A stretch of 64,000 nt of DNA from Hypanus sabinus (Eukaryota). Shown piece after piece: positions 13,531 to 27,233 of this stretch. Under the pieces are notes generated by a model. That model was given only the letters and a program-made list of their open reading frames with translations, made no database searches and had not been told where the DNA came from. Position numbers and translations under genes: made by a program. Numbering within the stretch: position 1 is the stretch's first letter; each line of letters starts with the position of its first letter. Location of the stretch: positions 19,778,001 to 19,842,000 of the forward strand of contig NC_082722.1 of assembly GCF_030144855.1 (NCBI RefSeq), read 5' to 3'.

Positions 13531-14149
13531 TTTTTTCTAAATTGAAAGAAGAAATCGCGAAAGAAATGCATCAAACATATCAATGTGTTGTCATCTGCCA
13601 TTGTGGATTCCAACCAGATATTAAAAACCTCTAACGACATCTTTGGAAGGAGAAACAGTTGTCCCTTCAGATTGAACACCCCTCCCCAGAAAGAAACGAA
13701 AACATTAACTGTTTCTCTTCGCTCTCGAGTTTTAACTGGTTGTTTGGAAATGGAAAGTAAACGTAGCGATTTCAAGCCTGAAACGGATTTGGTATCCCAG
13801 TCTTGTATGAAGCACGGACAATATTTTTGTGCACAGACAAAATGTTAATCCAACCATTTTAAATCCTTTCCTATGATTACATATTCCGAATCAAACTTAG
13901 TTCATGGTCACTGACCTATGCATCAGTTAGCAGTATTAAGCGGGTTCTTCCAGCAGGCTGAACAAGCAGCAGTTGAGCACACCACTGCCTGTGATTCACA
14001 AAATCTGACGGAGAACGCAGGATTTCGCAAAGATCGACAACAAAAAGAGCGCATTATCTAATCTCAGGTAAAGCACAGATTAGCGTGAATAACATGAATT
14101 TGCTTTTTAGATATAGCATTTTAACAGAGGCGTCCGGCACAACTATTTT

Positions 14150-14275
14150 GTACTGCCCAATTACACTCATGTGACCAATTAGCAGACTCACCCGTTGTCT
14201 TTGTAATGCGGGAAGAAGTCAGAAAGCCTGAAGAAAATCATACCGTTATGGACGGGAATTCAACCCGGATCAATA
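14150..14275 (-). mobile_element. HE1/V-SINE-like tRNA-derived SINE remnant
   Basis: gtctttgtaatgcgggaagaag...gggaattcaacccgg resembles a reversed SINE head with a B-box-like motif (recalled from memory of elasmobranch SINEs). Confidence 0.45.
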
Positions 14276-14399
14276 CATATATCTACATACACACACAGTA
14301 TACAAGACCAATATTATCTCAAAGGAAGCTCAGTTTACAAACCTGAGCAGACCTTTGATACTGTGCCAAAATGCAGACTGCGCCAAAGCTCACGCCCTT

Positions 14400-14960
14400 T
14401 TACCGAAAATTAACCCGTTACAATTCACAACTGAACGTCCTCGAAGTATCATCACCTTTTTCTCCAGTCCAGGCGGACTCCAACTTGAAGGCATGAACAT
14501 TGATCTCTCTAACTGTTGAACTATTTCATCAACCCCCTTCCCTCTTTTATCTATTTCCAATTCTGGATCCCTTTCACCTCTTCTCCTCTCCCTATCTGCC
14601 CATCACCTCTGGTGCCCCTCCTCCTTCCATTTCTTCCATAATCCACTGTCTTCTCCTATCAGATTCTTTCTTGCACCCTTTTCTTTTTCCACCCATTACC
14701 TCCCAAATTCTACTTCATTCCATCCCCCATCATCGACACACCTTCTTACTCACCTGCTTTCTACTATCACCTGCAATCTTGTACTCTTTTCCAACCTTCT
14801 TATTCTGGCTTCAGACCCATTCTTTTGATGTCATGATAAAGCGCTTTGGACAGAAACGTGGACAGTTAATTTGCCTTCATACATGCTGCCTTACCTAAAT
14901 GAATTACATCGGCATTTGTTAGCATTTTCAAGATTTCCAGCATTTATACAATCCCTCGAG
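14400..14960 (+). mobile_element. Penelope-like element 3' end (paralog at about 38640-39190)
   Basis: ...ctccaacttgaaggcatgaacattgat (GIY-YIG C-terminus LQPxGMNID), pyrimidine tract, terminal gatttccagca motif. Confidence 0.55.
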
Positions 14961-15619
14961 ATTATTTTTCTTCCGCTTGCTTTTACGAATTTAATTTCAT
15001 ATTTAATCTGCAAACAAGGACACAGTAAAAAAAAACATGAGACTGGGAATAACCATCCTTTCCAACGTCCATTATCAGCTCCATATTTAATACGATTATC
15101 TGATAATAACCGAGGAAAAATGAACCAATTGAACATTGGGGTTAGTCAATTCAGACGATATGAATGAACAAAGTGCCAACGGTCATTCTGTCAGTTGTGT
15201 GGTATCCACTGATGACAGTGTCTGAGTGCATTTGGAGTTCTTTTGGCAGTTGTGACTGAGGAAACACCCATAAGATCTATAGACTAAACAGTTTGCTGCA
15301 ATCAGAGACATATAACACAAAAATGCGCTTGGATTTTGAGTTAGTGAAATATTTTGCACTATACCTGCTGCTTCAAGGAGTTACCTTCTCTCCCAACTCG
15401 ACTTTGTTAAAAGAAACGTTTATTATTCAACACAGGTTCTTAGAGATGAAATGCCATTTGAATCAAAACTGGATATGTTGAAAAAGAATTGAAACAAACT
15501 TTGTGTAAAATGGCAGAAATCTAAAATTGATAACTAATGAGTGCATCAATAATTTATTTTACAATTTTAGATTCAATTTCTTGAACTCAATGGACTCTCA
15601 ATTAACTGCTAATTTTGGA

Positions 15620-15734
15620 ATATTTTTACAGACTAAAAGAAATGGAGCTAGCAAATTGACATACGTTGCTCTTTTGCTTCCCAATTCCACGAACACGTCA
15701 GCATCCAAACATCAAACCCAACAGACATTGTAGG
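15620..15734 (-). pseudogene. Candidate terminal exon relic with ATYVNL motif, copy a
   Basis: Phase-1 acceptor at 15736-15735 is in frame with GCA ACG TAT GTC AAT TTG (15669-15652); one TGA upstream. The paralog near 39850-39970 has TAA at the Tyr codon. Confidence 0.3.
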
Positions 15735-18199
15735 CTGATATAAATTCATCAAAGAAACTGTGAAGCTGAGAATCCAACTGCAGATTAGAGTTATAGACTG
15801 TCAATAAGTGCAGTCCCGAGGCATTGCTTCGTTTCATTCCTTGCATACAAAGTTTGTTAATCGATATAACATGTATATGTTGACAAGATCAGCGATCATT
15901 TTCGTTTTCGACGTTCCTGTGATTTATTTATGGCGATTATCACTGGAAAAAAAAACTGCAAAATTTAAGAACAGGATTGGGAATAAGCCATTCCGCCTCT
16001 CTCTACTGCCCGGTCGTTCAAGATGATAATGTCTGTTACGTTCAACCACATGCTCTTCTCCTCTGTTCAATCACTTCCGCAGGATTCTCCATCCACAGTC
16101 TTCGGAGGATGAAGACAAATCAGAGATTCGTCATCACCAGCAAGAGAAACTTTATTTGCAGGGTAAAAAAGCCAACTGAACAGTTATTCTTGCTCACGTT
16201 TGTCAAACTTCAACCGACGGAAATATAGATTTGAAGATGTGAAAAAATTGCAACGTAATCTTGCAATAACACCTCAATGCCTCAAAATTGTTCCGTGAAT
16301 GTTGTATGATAAAATATCATACTCTTCTGTTTCATATACTTTCACGGCTTGCTGCTCAAGATTAACTATAAAATACAACCGCACTGTCACATGGTAGTAA
16401 CAGAAATCCCAGGGCAAGGGATTTGCATTGTAACCTGTGTAGCTGCCCCAGCTCACATTGAAATACGCACATGGACACATTAAGGGAAGTCAGGTTTAGA
16501 CTAATCATAACAATTGACTGAAAAACGTGGACGTTGGAAAGTAGATTTATATAGGAATCACGTGTCCAGATGTGTACTCTCGAAGAATATGGTGCTTTGC
16601 ACAGAGCACCTCAACGATTAATTACTGCCCAATTGCCCAATGGAGCAAAATAAGTCTGAAATATGCCCAGCATCTTTTTGGCCAATAGTCAGTAAATTGA
16701 CGTATTAATCCGGTTCAGGTAGATGTTTGTGTGACAGAACAGGGTGAGCATCCTGTTATAATAATACATTATCGTTGATCATTAGGTCAGTGTGGTTGGT
16801 GTGTAAGGTGCAGGACTAACGAAGTTGGCGAGTAGGTACAGAGATCACCGGCAGAGAAGTAAATCCTCTGACTGATAATGTAAACAACAGTATATTCCTG
16901 AAAGAGTTTCGGTAATCCAGAGAAATTCGCAGAAATAATAGAAACGTACACGTTTGGAAACGAGCGTGGGTCGCTCAGACCTGTTCTCCTGGATATGCTG
17001 GCTGGGATAGAATTCCCTATGATAATCGTTCATTGACTACCTTCTCATTGGTCACTTCACATCTCAAATCTCGTCGATTTCTCCTCTTTTAAATATTGTT
17101 TTGATATTTATTTCAAGTAAAATGCACAGCTATATCTTAATCGTAGTTGACATATCGTACTCTTATCTTTCTTATACATTTTTTTCATCTATGGTACTCA
17201 TTAGAAACGCAAATAGCCGTTTGTCATTTCTCTGAAGGGCAAAGTCACAAGAGAAGACCAATTTCTCAAGCGTCCGAAGTGCTGGTGATATGCTCTAAAG
17301 CACTTTACCGGACGTATTTAGTTTCAGCTTAGCTCAACATCGTTTCAAACCTGTATCACTATTTTCTCGCACTGGAGAATGCCCTGTCAAAAAATAGTGC
17401 TCGCTAATATTGATACAAAAGGACATGTGCACTACATTTAATTGGAAAAATTCAGCACAGTGTAATGACGAAGTAAATAATTACAATAATATAAACGATA
17501 ATCGGTTCGGGAATTTTAAATATTTGCTAACTTGGAAATTCTCGGAATAATCACAATCAAGTGCATTCGGTCACTGCGACAGTATGAGTGAAAGCGCCAT
17601 CTCTGCGTCATCTACGCTGTTGTCACGATACCTCCTCACCGCCGCCCCCCACCCCAATTGTATCGTTTTGCGCTGTTGCAATCCATTTCAAAACACTCCT
17701 CTACGAGCAAACGATACAATAAAAGATAAACTCTGTCTTATTCGCTAAACGTGATTTTGAACCTTGGCTTCTCACTTGGGTTCATTTCAGAATTAGAGGA
17801 AAAAATCTCCGTTAAAGATGCTTCGGAGAATCACCGAGTATGGATTTGACGCAAAATGCGTGTCATTAAACATCTTAAATAAAAGTCGCTTTGCACTGCA
17901 GGCTGATCAGCATTAATCCCAAGGTTTCGTTTTCTTGGATGATGGCGATTTCTCCCATTAGCTGTCTAATATATATCCTTTAATCCATCTTAATAAGACA
18001 TGTTTGACTCGACCATAATGATATGTCTTTGCAGAAATCTGCAACGAGGAAATTGGATCAAACCTTTCTCGCTACGATCCCCAACACCACCACTCAGTCC
18101 CACTGCCATAAATAAACAAACAAATAAAACATTCCGCACACTGGATGTCCTGTAAAATGCAAGGACTATAGGGATCAACAGCTGGTGATAGAGGGATAA

Positions 18200-18508
18200 C
18201 AGAACAGAGAATACTGAAAGGTAACCCGACGAAATGTTATAAATCTAACGATTTGTCTTTGTTTCTCACCCTTGATTCTCCCGATAATCTTTTACATTAT
18301 AACAGAAAGTATTGTGGGATTTGCAGTCCGTGCAAGATGTTTCTAAAAATGACTCTTTAAACTATGTCAGCGATCCTAATGGCTAGGGGCAGGGTTTATG
18401 TGATAAGAGCCCTGCACATGAATAATATTACAATATTCATGGGGTTACAACAATTGTCCGATCCGTCTCTTGAGAAAATTATCCAATAACCTCTGGTGTT
18501 CACTCGGA
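18200..18508 (-). pseudogene. Antisense C1-exon relic, copy a
   Basis: Acceptor gatttgacag (AG at 18510-18509), homologous to copies b, c and d. Shares ATC ACA TAA at the C-strand Trp position and TGA-GAA at the second Trp position. Confidence 0.5.
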
Positions 18509-18879
18509 CTGTCAAATCGAAATCGATGTAAACGGGTGAATGTTTAATTTGCTAAATTTAAAGCTTCCCATATAAAAAAGGGAAAACTACGTTTTCCTTA
18601 CTTACCAGTACTTTCAAAGACATAAATGCATTTTTCAGCACAAATTTCAATTAACAAGCATCTGTAGAATTAAAAACAATCTGGCCAATATTTGCAAAGT
18701 GTATTTTAAACTCATAAGACATCTGTACTTTGTTATATCCTAGAATACGATTCCCATCATTCCCTTCTAGACAGAGAATACATCTTCCAGTTCTGAACTC
18801 CAGGTAGGTACTTTTGCACCGAAATTCATTTCATAGGCGTGGTTCCACTCTTTACTTATTTACTGTACTCTCCCTCACT

Positions 18880-19028
18880 NNNNNNNNNNNNNNNNNNNNN
18901 NNNNNNNNNNNNNNNNNNNNNNNNNNNNNNNNNNNNNNNNNNNNNNNNNNNNNNNNNNNNNNNNNNNNNNNNNNNNNNNNNNNNNNNNNNNNNNNNNNNN
19001 NNNNNNNNNNNNNNNNNNNNNNNNNNNN
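18880..19028. other. Assembly gap (149 N)
   Basis: Run of N. Confidence 1.
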
Positions 19029-20009
19029 GAGCTTGCTGCCGATTATCAAGCCAGAGAACTCGAAAAAGAGCGACGCGGCAGACTTTAACACCGTAACTCA
19101 ACGAGTTGTTTGCCTTTGGTGCTTCCCTCCCTCGCTGCGTGGCACCTCTCTGTCCCTTTATTAGGGAAAGAGAGACAGCGATGGGGCCTCAGAGATAGGG
19201 CATGTTGTATTGGTTGGCTGGACGGTTAGTTTTTTTTTCTGTACTGCAGATCATGGTCTGTCTAGGGCACTTTGCTGTGGTTTTCTTGCTGGAGTAGTGG
19301 TAACAGAGGGTTGCTCTTTGTTCGTGGGAGGGGGAGAGGAATGCTTTGGTGTTCTAACTTGTCTATTCTCATTGATGGTTCAGGGTACTCTTTTGTTTTC
19401 TTGATGTCTGCGAAGGCCAAGAAGTTCAGTTTGTATATTGTATGCATTCTCTGATATTAAATTGGAAGTATTGAACTACTGGACCATTGAAAACCCCAGT
19501 TGGTCGCATTTAGCTGCGTTTGGATCTTACCAAATGAACTTTTTTCTACCCATGCAAAAATCCAAATGTACTTCACACATTGGAATCATACCCACCTCTA
19601 CAGACTCATTTGGTACTTTATTCCATTTGGCAAACCTCATTTGTTGAAAACCTTGCCCTAGACTCATTTTAAATATTTCCTCTCGCCTGGAATCGAAGTA
19701 TTCTCATATTCAGTTAACCAATTCTGGGTAAAAGACTGTGATACCTGCCTAAAAGACCTGCCTACACCTTTCCTGACATTACATATATATGGTCACCGCG
19801 CAACAACCTGCACTCTCAGGATGAATAGCCCCAGTCGCTTTCTGCATTTAAAATCACGCTGTCCTACTAACATACTTGTCAATCTTTTCTGCACTATCTC
19901 AAGCTTCATCGCATGTTTTCTATAGTTCGCGATCAAAATACACTGCATATTTTCACCAACGAATGCACAACATACTGTTTCACCAACGATTTGTACGGTT
20001 GAACATGGC

Positions 20010-20460
20010 GTCCCAGATCTTGTGCTCATTGCCGCAACTTGCACTCAGCGTCAGTAAGACGAAAAAGGTGCTTGTGGACTTCAGGAATGGTAAGACGAAA
20101 GAATACACAGCAATCCTCATAGAGGGATCAGAAGTGGAGAGAATTATCAGTTTCAAGTCCCAGGGCGTTAAGGTCTCTAAGGATTTAATCTCGTCCCAAC
20201 CTATCGATGCAGCTATAAATTGTTCAATATTTATTGTAATGCCTGCACTGTTTTTGTGCACTTTATGTAGTCCTGTGTAAGTCAGTAGTCTAGTGTAGCT
20301 TTCTCTGTGTTGTTGTTTATTTTACGTAGTTCAGTCTAGTTTTTGTACTGTGTCATGTAACACCATGGTCCTGAAAAACGTTGTCTCATTTTTACGATGT
20401 ACTCTACCAGCAGTTATGGTCGTATTCACAATAAAAGTGAATTGACTTGACTTGACTTGA
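20010..20460 (+). mobile_element. Rex1/Babar LINE 3' fragment
   Basis: LSVSKTKKVLVDFRN...EVERIISFK RT C-terminus; 3' UTR ending in (ACTTG)n at about 20442-20460. Confidence 0.7.
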
Positions 20461-21084
20461 AAGCCGAACACGACGAGACAGTTTCCAACGATAGGTAGCG
20501 GCAAAACGGCCGGACTTCCCTAGCAAAGGCGTGGACACAGTTCCAAACAGGGGGAGGCTCCATACACAGGCAATCGAGGCAAGGCTCCAGGCAGAGGCGA
20601 GACGAGGCGAGGCAAGGCTCCAGGCAGAGGCCAGGCGAGTCGAGGTAAGGCTCCAGGCAGAGGCGAGGCGAGGCAAGACTCCGGACACAGATCGCAGGGC
20701 AGGGCTCCAGGCGTGGGTAGCCGACAGGGCTTCAGAAGGACGGAAGGGCTTAGCCTCAGGCTAACGGCAATGACGGCCTGATTTACCCAACGGAGGCAAG
20801 GACCTAGAGAGACAGATCCCACCGTAGGTTAACGGCAAGGATGGCCTGATTTACTCCACGGAGGCGAGGACAGGAAAGTAACGGGAGGAACCCACACAGA
20901 GGCAAGAACAGGATAATAACACGACGAACCAGCATCTATACTCGAACCTAGGGGCACTTATATTCCTGGCCCCAAGACAAGAATAAGCCCAAAAGAGACA
21001 AGGGACAGCCGGAAGACCCGGAGTCTGGGGTCCACGGACCGGACCGTGAGCCGGAAAGCGGATTTCACAGTCCGGTCCATGACA
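20461..21084 (-). mobile_element. GC-rich LTR-like fragment with internal tandem repeats
   Basis: Starts TGTCATGG on the - strand at 21084; contains three 33-bp repeats and a duplicated 34-bp motif (about 20763 and 20832). Confidence 0.4.
20576..20674 (+). repeat. 33-bp tandem repeat x3 (gaggcaaggctccaggcagaggcgagacgaggc)
   Basis: Read directly; translates as EARLQAEARRG repeats in ORF 20531-20764. Confidence 0.85.
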
Positions 21085-24000
21085 TGCAGTTAAAACAGAA
21101 AGCAATAAATACTGAACTGAAAGTGTTATATTTGAATGAACGCAGCTTATGCAATTAAATGGACGATCTTGAAATTCAGCTACAGATTTGCAAAGATGAT
21201 GCTGTGGCCATCTCTGAAACCTGGCTAAAGGATAGCTGCAATTCACAGCCTAAATTCCAGTGTATCCGAAAGACAGATTAGTAGGCAGAGAGTGTGGTGT
21301 GCCTCTGAATATAAAGACTCATACTAAATCATTAGAAAGAGATGACATAGGATTGGAAGTTGTAGAGACTCTACTGGTTGAGATAAGGCATTACAAGTGT
21401 AAAAGGACCCTAATGGCAGTTGTATACCGACCTTCAAACGGCAGCCGGGATGTGGATTACAAATTAAAGCAAGACACAGGGAAAGCGTGTCAGCAACACA
21501 ATTTCATGATTAACATTGGGGATTTTAACGTGAAAGTAGATTGAGTAAACAAGCTCAGCACTGGATCTTAAGAGAGAGAATTTGTAGGATGTCCAAGGGA
21601 TGGCTTTTTAGAATAGCTAGTTGTTGACCCCATTAGGGAATCGGCTGTGCTGTTTTGGGCGTTGTGCAATGATCCAGAAATGATAAGTGAGCTTAAGGTT
21701 AAAGAATCCTTAAGCACAAGTGATCACAATATGATCGAGTTCACATTGAAATTTCGGATGGAAAAATAAAATCCTATCTGTCGGTATTTCAGTGGAGTAA
21801 AGGAAATTACAAAGGCAGGAGAAGCGAACTGGTTATAGTTGACTGGATAGGGACATTTGCAGGAAGGACAACAGAGCAGCAATGGTTGGAGTTGAGAAAA
21901 ATGAGGGAAGTGCAAGACAGATATTTTTCGACTAAGAAGGTATTTTCAAAGGTAATAAAGGCTCTATCGTGCCTAACAAGGGAAGTCAGAGCTATAGTAA
22001 AAACAGAAGTTAGGGCATACAAGGAAGCCAGAGGAAGAGGAAAGAGAGAGGATTGGGAAACTTATAAAACTTGCAGAAGGAAACTAAGAAGGACATTAGG
22101 AAGGAAAAGAAGATTTCTGAAAGGAAGCTGGTGAGTAATATCAAAAAAGATACTATACGTTCATTATTAAATATAAAAAAGGGGTAAAGGCAGTCGAGGG
22201 TAGATCTAAGACCAATACAAAATGACGCTGGAGATATTGTAGTAACAGATGCAGAGAATGCGTATTGTTCGATAGTCCTCACTGGAAGACGTTTGCAGTG
22301 TACCGGACAATTAAGAGTGTCAGGGAAATGAAGTTTGTGCAGTGAAAATACGACTGAGAAGGTGCTCATGAGGCTTAATGGTCTGAGGGTGGATAAATCT
22401 CCTGGACAGATGGAATGCACCATCAGGGTCTGAAGGAAATAGCTGGAGATATTGCAGAGGGATTAACGATGATCTTTCAAGAATCGATAGATGCTGGCAT
22501 CAGAAACATAGTAATATAGAAATCCAACAGCACAATAAAGGACCTTCGGCCCACAAAGTTTTACCGAATATGTCCTTACCCTAGAACTACCTAGGCTTAC
22601 ACATGGCCTTCTATTTATCCAAGCCCCATGTACTTGTTCAGGAGTCTCTTAAAATACTCTATCGTTTCTGCCACCATCACCGCCGCTGGCAGCTCATTCC
22701 ATGCACTCACCAATCTCTGTGTAAAAAACCTAACCCTGACAACTCCTCTGTACCATCTTCCAAGCACCATAAATCTATGCCCTCTCATGCTAGCTATTTC
22801 AGCCCTGGGAGAAAGCCTCTAACTATCCACACGATCAATGCCTCTTATTATCTTATACACCTCTATCAGGTCAGCTTTCATTCTCCGTAGCTCCAAGAAG
22901 AAAACACCGAGTTCACTCAACCTAGTCTGAGAAGACATGTTTCCCCATCTACGCAACATCTTTGTACCAGATGACTGGAAGATTCTAAACGCTGCTCCGC
23001 TATTTAAGAAAGGTGATGAGGCAGCAGAAAGGAAACTATGGACCTGTTAGCCTGACATCAGTGGTTGGGAAGTCATTGGAATCGATTGCTAGGAAAGAGA
23101 TTACGGAGTATCTGGAGGCACATTACAAGACAGGCCAAAGCCAGAATGGTTTCCTGAAAGGAAAACCCTGCCTGACTAACATACTGCAATTTTTCGAGGA
23201 AATTCAAAGCAGGGTAAACAAAAGAGATGTGGTAGATGTGGGGTACTTGGATTTTCAGAAGGCCTTTGACAAGGTACCGCACAAGAATCTGTTTAGAAAG
23301 ATAAGAGCCCATGGAATTACAGAAAAGTTACCAGCATGGGTGGAACATTGGCTGGTCGCAGAAAACAGAGAGTGGATTAAAGGGATCCTCTTCTGGCTGG
23401 CTGCCGGTTACTAGTGGAGTTCCGCAAGGGTCGGTGTTGGGATTGCTAACTTTTACGATGATTGTCAATGACTTGGACTACAATATCAATGGGTTTGTGA
23501 CTAAATTTGCCGATGATTCAAAGATAGGTGGAGGAACGGATAGTGTTATGAAAGCAGAGACCCTGCCGAGAGACTTAAATTGTTTAGGGAAATGGGCAAA
23601 GAAGTGGCAAAAGAAATATAATGCTGGAAAGTGTATGATCATGCACGTCGATGGAAGAAATAAACGGGGAGACTATTATTTAGATGGGGAGAACATTCAA
23701 AATGCAGAGATGCAAAGGGACTTGGGTGTTCTTGAGCAAGATACCTTAAAGGTGAACCTGCAAGTTGAGTGGATGTGAAGAATGCGAATGCAATGTTGGC
23801 ATTCATTTCTAGAGGTATAGAATATAAGAGCAGCGATGTGATGTTGAGTCTCTGTAAAGCATTCGTGAGACCACACCTCGAGAATTGTGTGCAGTTCGGG
23901 GCTCCTTATTTTAGAAAGGATATACTGACATTGTAGAGTGCTCAGGGAAGTTTTATAAAAATGATTCCACGAATGAAAGGGTTACCGTATGAGGAACGTC

Positions 24001-24425
24001 TGGTAGATCTTGGGCTGAATTCCACGGAATTCAGGAGAACGAGGGTATTCGCACAGAACCATTCCGAAGGTTAAAAGGCCCAGACAGATTAGAAATGGGA
24101 AAGTTATTTCCCATGGTAGGGGATTCTGGGAAAAGAGGGCATGTCTTCAGGATTGAAGGATAGCCATTTAGAACTGAGATGCAGAAAAATTACTTTAGTC
24201 TGAGGTTGGCAAATCTGTGGAATTTATTGACATGAGCGTCTGTGGAGTCCAAGTCATTGGATGTACTCAAGGTAGCAATAGATAGGTTCTTGATTATACA
24301 GGGCATGAAAGGGTATGGGGTGAAGGCAGGGGAATGGGCATGTCCAAAAGAATTGGACCAGCCCCTGATTCAATGACCTAGCAATCTCGGTGGGCCGAAT
24401 GGCCTACTTCTACTACTATGTCTTA
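21085..24425 (+). mobile_element. Old near-complete CR1 ORF2 (APE + RT), inserted before the unit duplication
   Basis: LKVLYLN... APE start, RT motifs and 3' UTR. Same 3' junction as the paralog at 46120-49170. Confidence 0.85.
22501..22964 (-). mobile_element. CR1 3' end of a different subfamily nested in the 21085-24425 element
   Basis: Interrupts gctggcat|...|gtaccagatgactgg; 3' UTR like 57400-57700 and 62280-62370. Confidence 0.75.
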
Positions 24426-25923
24426 TGCTCTCAGCAAGAAATGGTAGAGCAGACAGATTCGTCAAAATGTCCAGAATCACCTCCTATATCGTATGGTCTT
24501 ATGGCTGATAGGCTTGATCGGCATCCTCGTTTTCCCTGCGACCCGTGACCCCTACAGCTCGCTTGCTGTTTGATGATTTGTCTGAATGATGGGTGGCTGG
24601 TGTAGATTTCCTATCGCGAATCATTCATTGGCTTCGTTCATGCAAATCACTTTGCATCTCAAATCCCTCGACCTTTCCATTCGTAAATATGCTTTCACTT
24701 CTACGTTCAAGTAAAAGTTCCAAATGTAATATCATATTATTAATTGACAGTATCTTTCTATTCCTATCTGTCTTTTTTCGATTTCCATCTCCCCATGAAT
24801 AAAACTAACAAACAACCGATTGTCATTTTCTTGAATTGCAAAGTCACAAAAGCGGACCAATGGTAATACCGAAATGTTGACAGTGGGAGGTTGCCTAACA
24901 CAGCAAAAATACAGAAGGTTATGGACGCAGCTCAGTTCAGCAGGAAACCAACCTCCCATCTCTGTAGTCTGTATACACTAGTCATCACTGTTCCCTCTCA
25001 TCTCCTTTTCATGCCATGGACCCCCACTATTAAAGGAGGCTGGCAGCCCTTGTCAGAGATGCCACTTGACCTGCTGAGTTCCTCCAGCATTTTGCGTTTG
25101 TTACGCTGGATTTCAAAATCTCCTTTGCTTACGATTTGCTTTGCCGAGAATAGTGACAGGATATACCGGAGGGACCTTAGAAGCTTTAAACACAACGGGA
25201 CTTTAGTGTGCGCTTAATGACGACACATCAGGATCCAGATAAGAAGGCGTTTAGCCTACTTGCCCTCTTGACAGAATTTTGACAAGAGCTGAAACACCAC
25301 GTTGTACCAATCGACAATGACGAGGTCGGTGTTGGAGTGTCGTGTGCTCTTTTGGCCTACAGATAGCACGTAGTAGATTTAGAACGATTGCAGACGAGAG
25401 TTTCTGGGACATTGCCTGGGATGGAAGACTTTACTGGCACGGATAGATTGGATAGACATGGACTATTTACTCTGGAGTACAGGTGACTGAGGGATAACTT
25501 TATGAATTTCGAAAAAAAAAAATTGTTACGGACAGAAATATACAAGATTTTCATAGCCCATTCTCAAGACAAGGGATCCAAATCTAGAAGGCACAGCTGG
25601 TAACTGAGAGAGAAAAGATTTAAAGGGGAGCTGGGCACGGCATGGTTTTCAGACAGAGGGCGGTAGGTGTATAGAAAACCGTGTTAGATGAAGTGGTACC
25701 GTGCTGCAGGCAGGTATAACGAAGGCTACGTAAATATTTCGTTCTGAATGCCCTCTTCCGTTATGCACTCCAGGATTCAAAGTTTTCTTTCACCTAAAGA
25801 TCTATAACAATCTCCCCGAGCAGTTAACAGGAAATTACAGAGAGCAGAGAATAGAAATAGATATCACGGAAAGACTTTGTGGTTAAAATTTACATCTGTC
25901 TCAATAATCGATTTGTTTTATTT

Positions 25924-26054
25924 TTAAAGATCGACGTTTAGGTTACAGACTATGGATTTTTTTAATAAAGTGACTTCAAAGCCTCTTCCACGCAACTGAA
26001 TGCTTCTAATATTTTTCTGAGATATCCGTGTTTCGATTCTACAGCGTGTGCATT
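25924..26054 (-). pseudogene. Antisense terminal (cytoplasmic) exon relic, copy b
   Basis: Strong acceptor cttctcatttttctctttccag, phase 1; ECTRCRIETRISQKNIRSIQLRGRGFEVTLLKK..., frameshifted after EVT. Confidence 0.45.
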
Positions 26055-26449
26055 CTGGAAAGAGAAAAATGAGAAGCTTCTTCACAATGTTAAATGAAAC
26101 AGCATTTTAAGTTTAATCTCTAACCGTATCAATTGTTGACAGCCTTCCAAACGTGATCGGTTACATCATGAGCGACTATTTGGAAAATTTTTGTGATTTA
26201 TTTTCATTTAGGGCAGAAAATAATGAAATATGGTTGGATATCGACGCTAGATCGTGCATTGAAACTAAGAAGTGGCGGTTCTATGAATAAAAGGATATTA
26301 TTTATGGAATTAATTTCACAACCGAGCTATGTAAATTTGAAGACCGGTGAAAACATGAGCCTTTTTCGAATCAAAAAATGTAAATCTAAATAGAAGGACA
26401 AAATAGCTGACAGGCGAAAACATCCTGAAAATTATAACTTTATCACCGC

Positions 26450-27150
26450 CATTGCAGGTCAACATTCAACGTGCAAATCCGTTAGCGTGGGCTACTGTAG
26501 CCAGAGCTACCGATGCGGCTTCCTCTACACTGCAGAGACTCGACTTAAACTGGGGCACCACTTTTCGAGCACCTCCAGTCCATCCCAAAAAGCGGAATTT
26601 GCTAGTGGCCAATTATTTTTATTCCTATCCATTCACGTTCCGACATTTCGATTAACGTTCTCTTCTTACGCCTTCATGAGGCTACTCTCAGGGTGGGCGA
26701 GCAACACCTCGGATTCAGTCCAGGTAGCCTCCAACCTGACGCCATGAATATCGATTTCACCTTCATGTATTTTTCCCTCCCATTGTCTCTCTCTGTTCCC
26801 ACCTCTGTCCTCTTATCCTCTCTGCTCTGCTGCCTATAACATCGACTTCTGTCCCACTTCCTTCCCTTTCTCCCGTAGTCTCCTCTCCTCTCCTATTAGA
26901 TTCCTTATTCCCATCTTTTTGCATTTCCAACCTCTTACCTCCCAGCTTTTTACTTAAACCCACCGCCCAACCGCACACGCTCCTCTTTCCCCTCCTCACA
27001 AATCCCCCTCAACCTGACTTCACCTATCACCTTCTAATTTGTCCTCCATCTCACCGAAAATTTGACTGTTCATTCATTTCCATAGATGCTGCCTGGTCTG
27101 CTCAGTTCATTTTGTGTGTGTTGCTCTAGATTCCAGTATCTGCAGAATTC
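26450..27150 (+). mobile_element. Penelope-like (GIY-YIG) 3' part
   Basis: HEATLRVGEQHL...LQPDAMNIDF-like sequence, pyrimidine tract and terminal gatgctgcctgg...ttccagtatctgcag motif. Confidence 0.7.
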
Positions 27151-27233
27151 TTGTGTTACTGATTTGAATGCTTTTTATTTTTCAGTCCTTTGAGAAAATA
27201 TTCGACATTATCGGAAAATTGCAACACTGGGAG

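Larger units (their letters stand above)
1823..14090 (+). pseudogene. Gene 1, pseudogenised paralog of gene 2 (leader-VJ-C1-TM-tail)
   Basis: Exons are colinear with gene 2. Lesions: 1-nt deletion near 2088, 1.66 kb CR1 inside the V exon, second V Cys codon changed to CGT (Arg), V donor TT instead of GT at 4051, decayed tail exon. Confidence 0.9.

Noticed and set aside
14500-14898. Hydrophobic Leu/Pro/Ser/Phe-rich ORFs (also 38730-39214, 52039-52335)
   Set aside because: Translations of the Penelope pyrimidine tract, not membrane proteins.
18814-19164. ORFs spanning N runs (also 40698-41111)
   Set aside because: Artefacts of assembly gaps.
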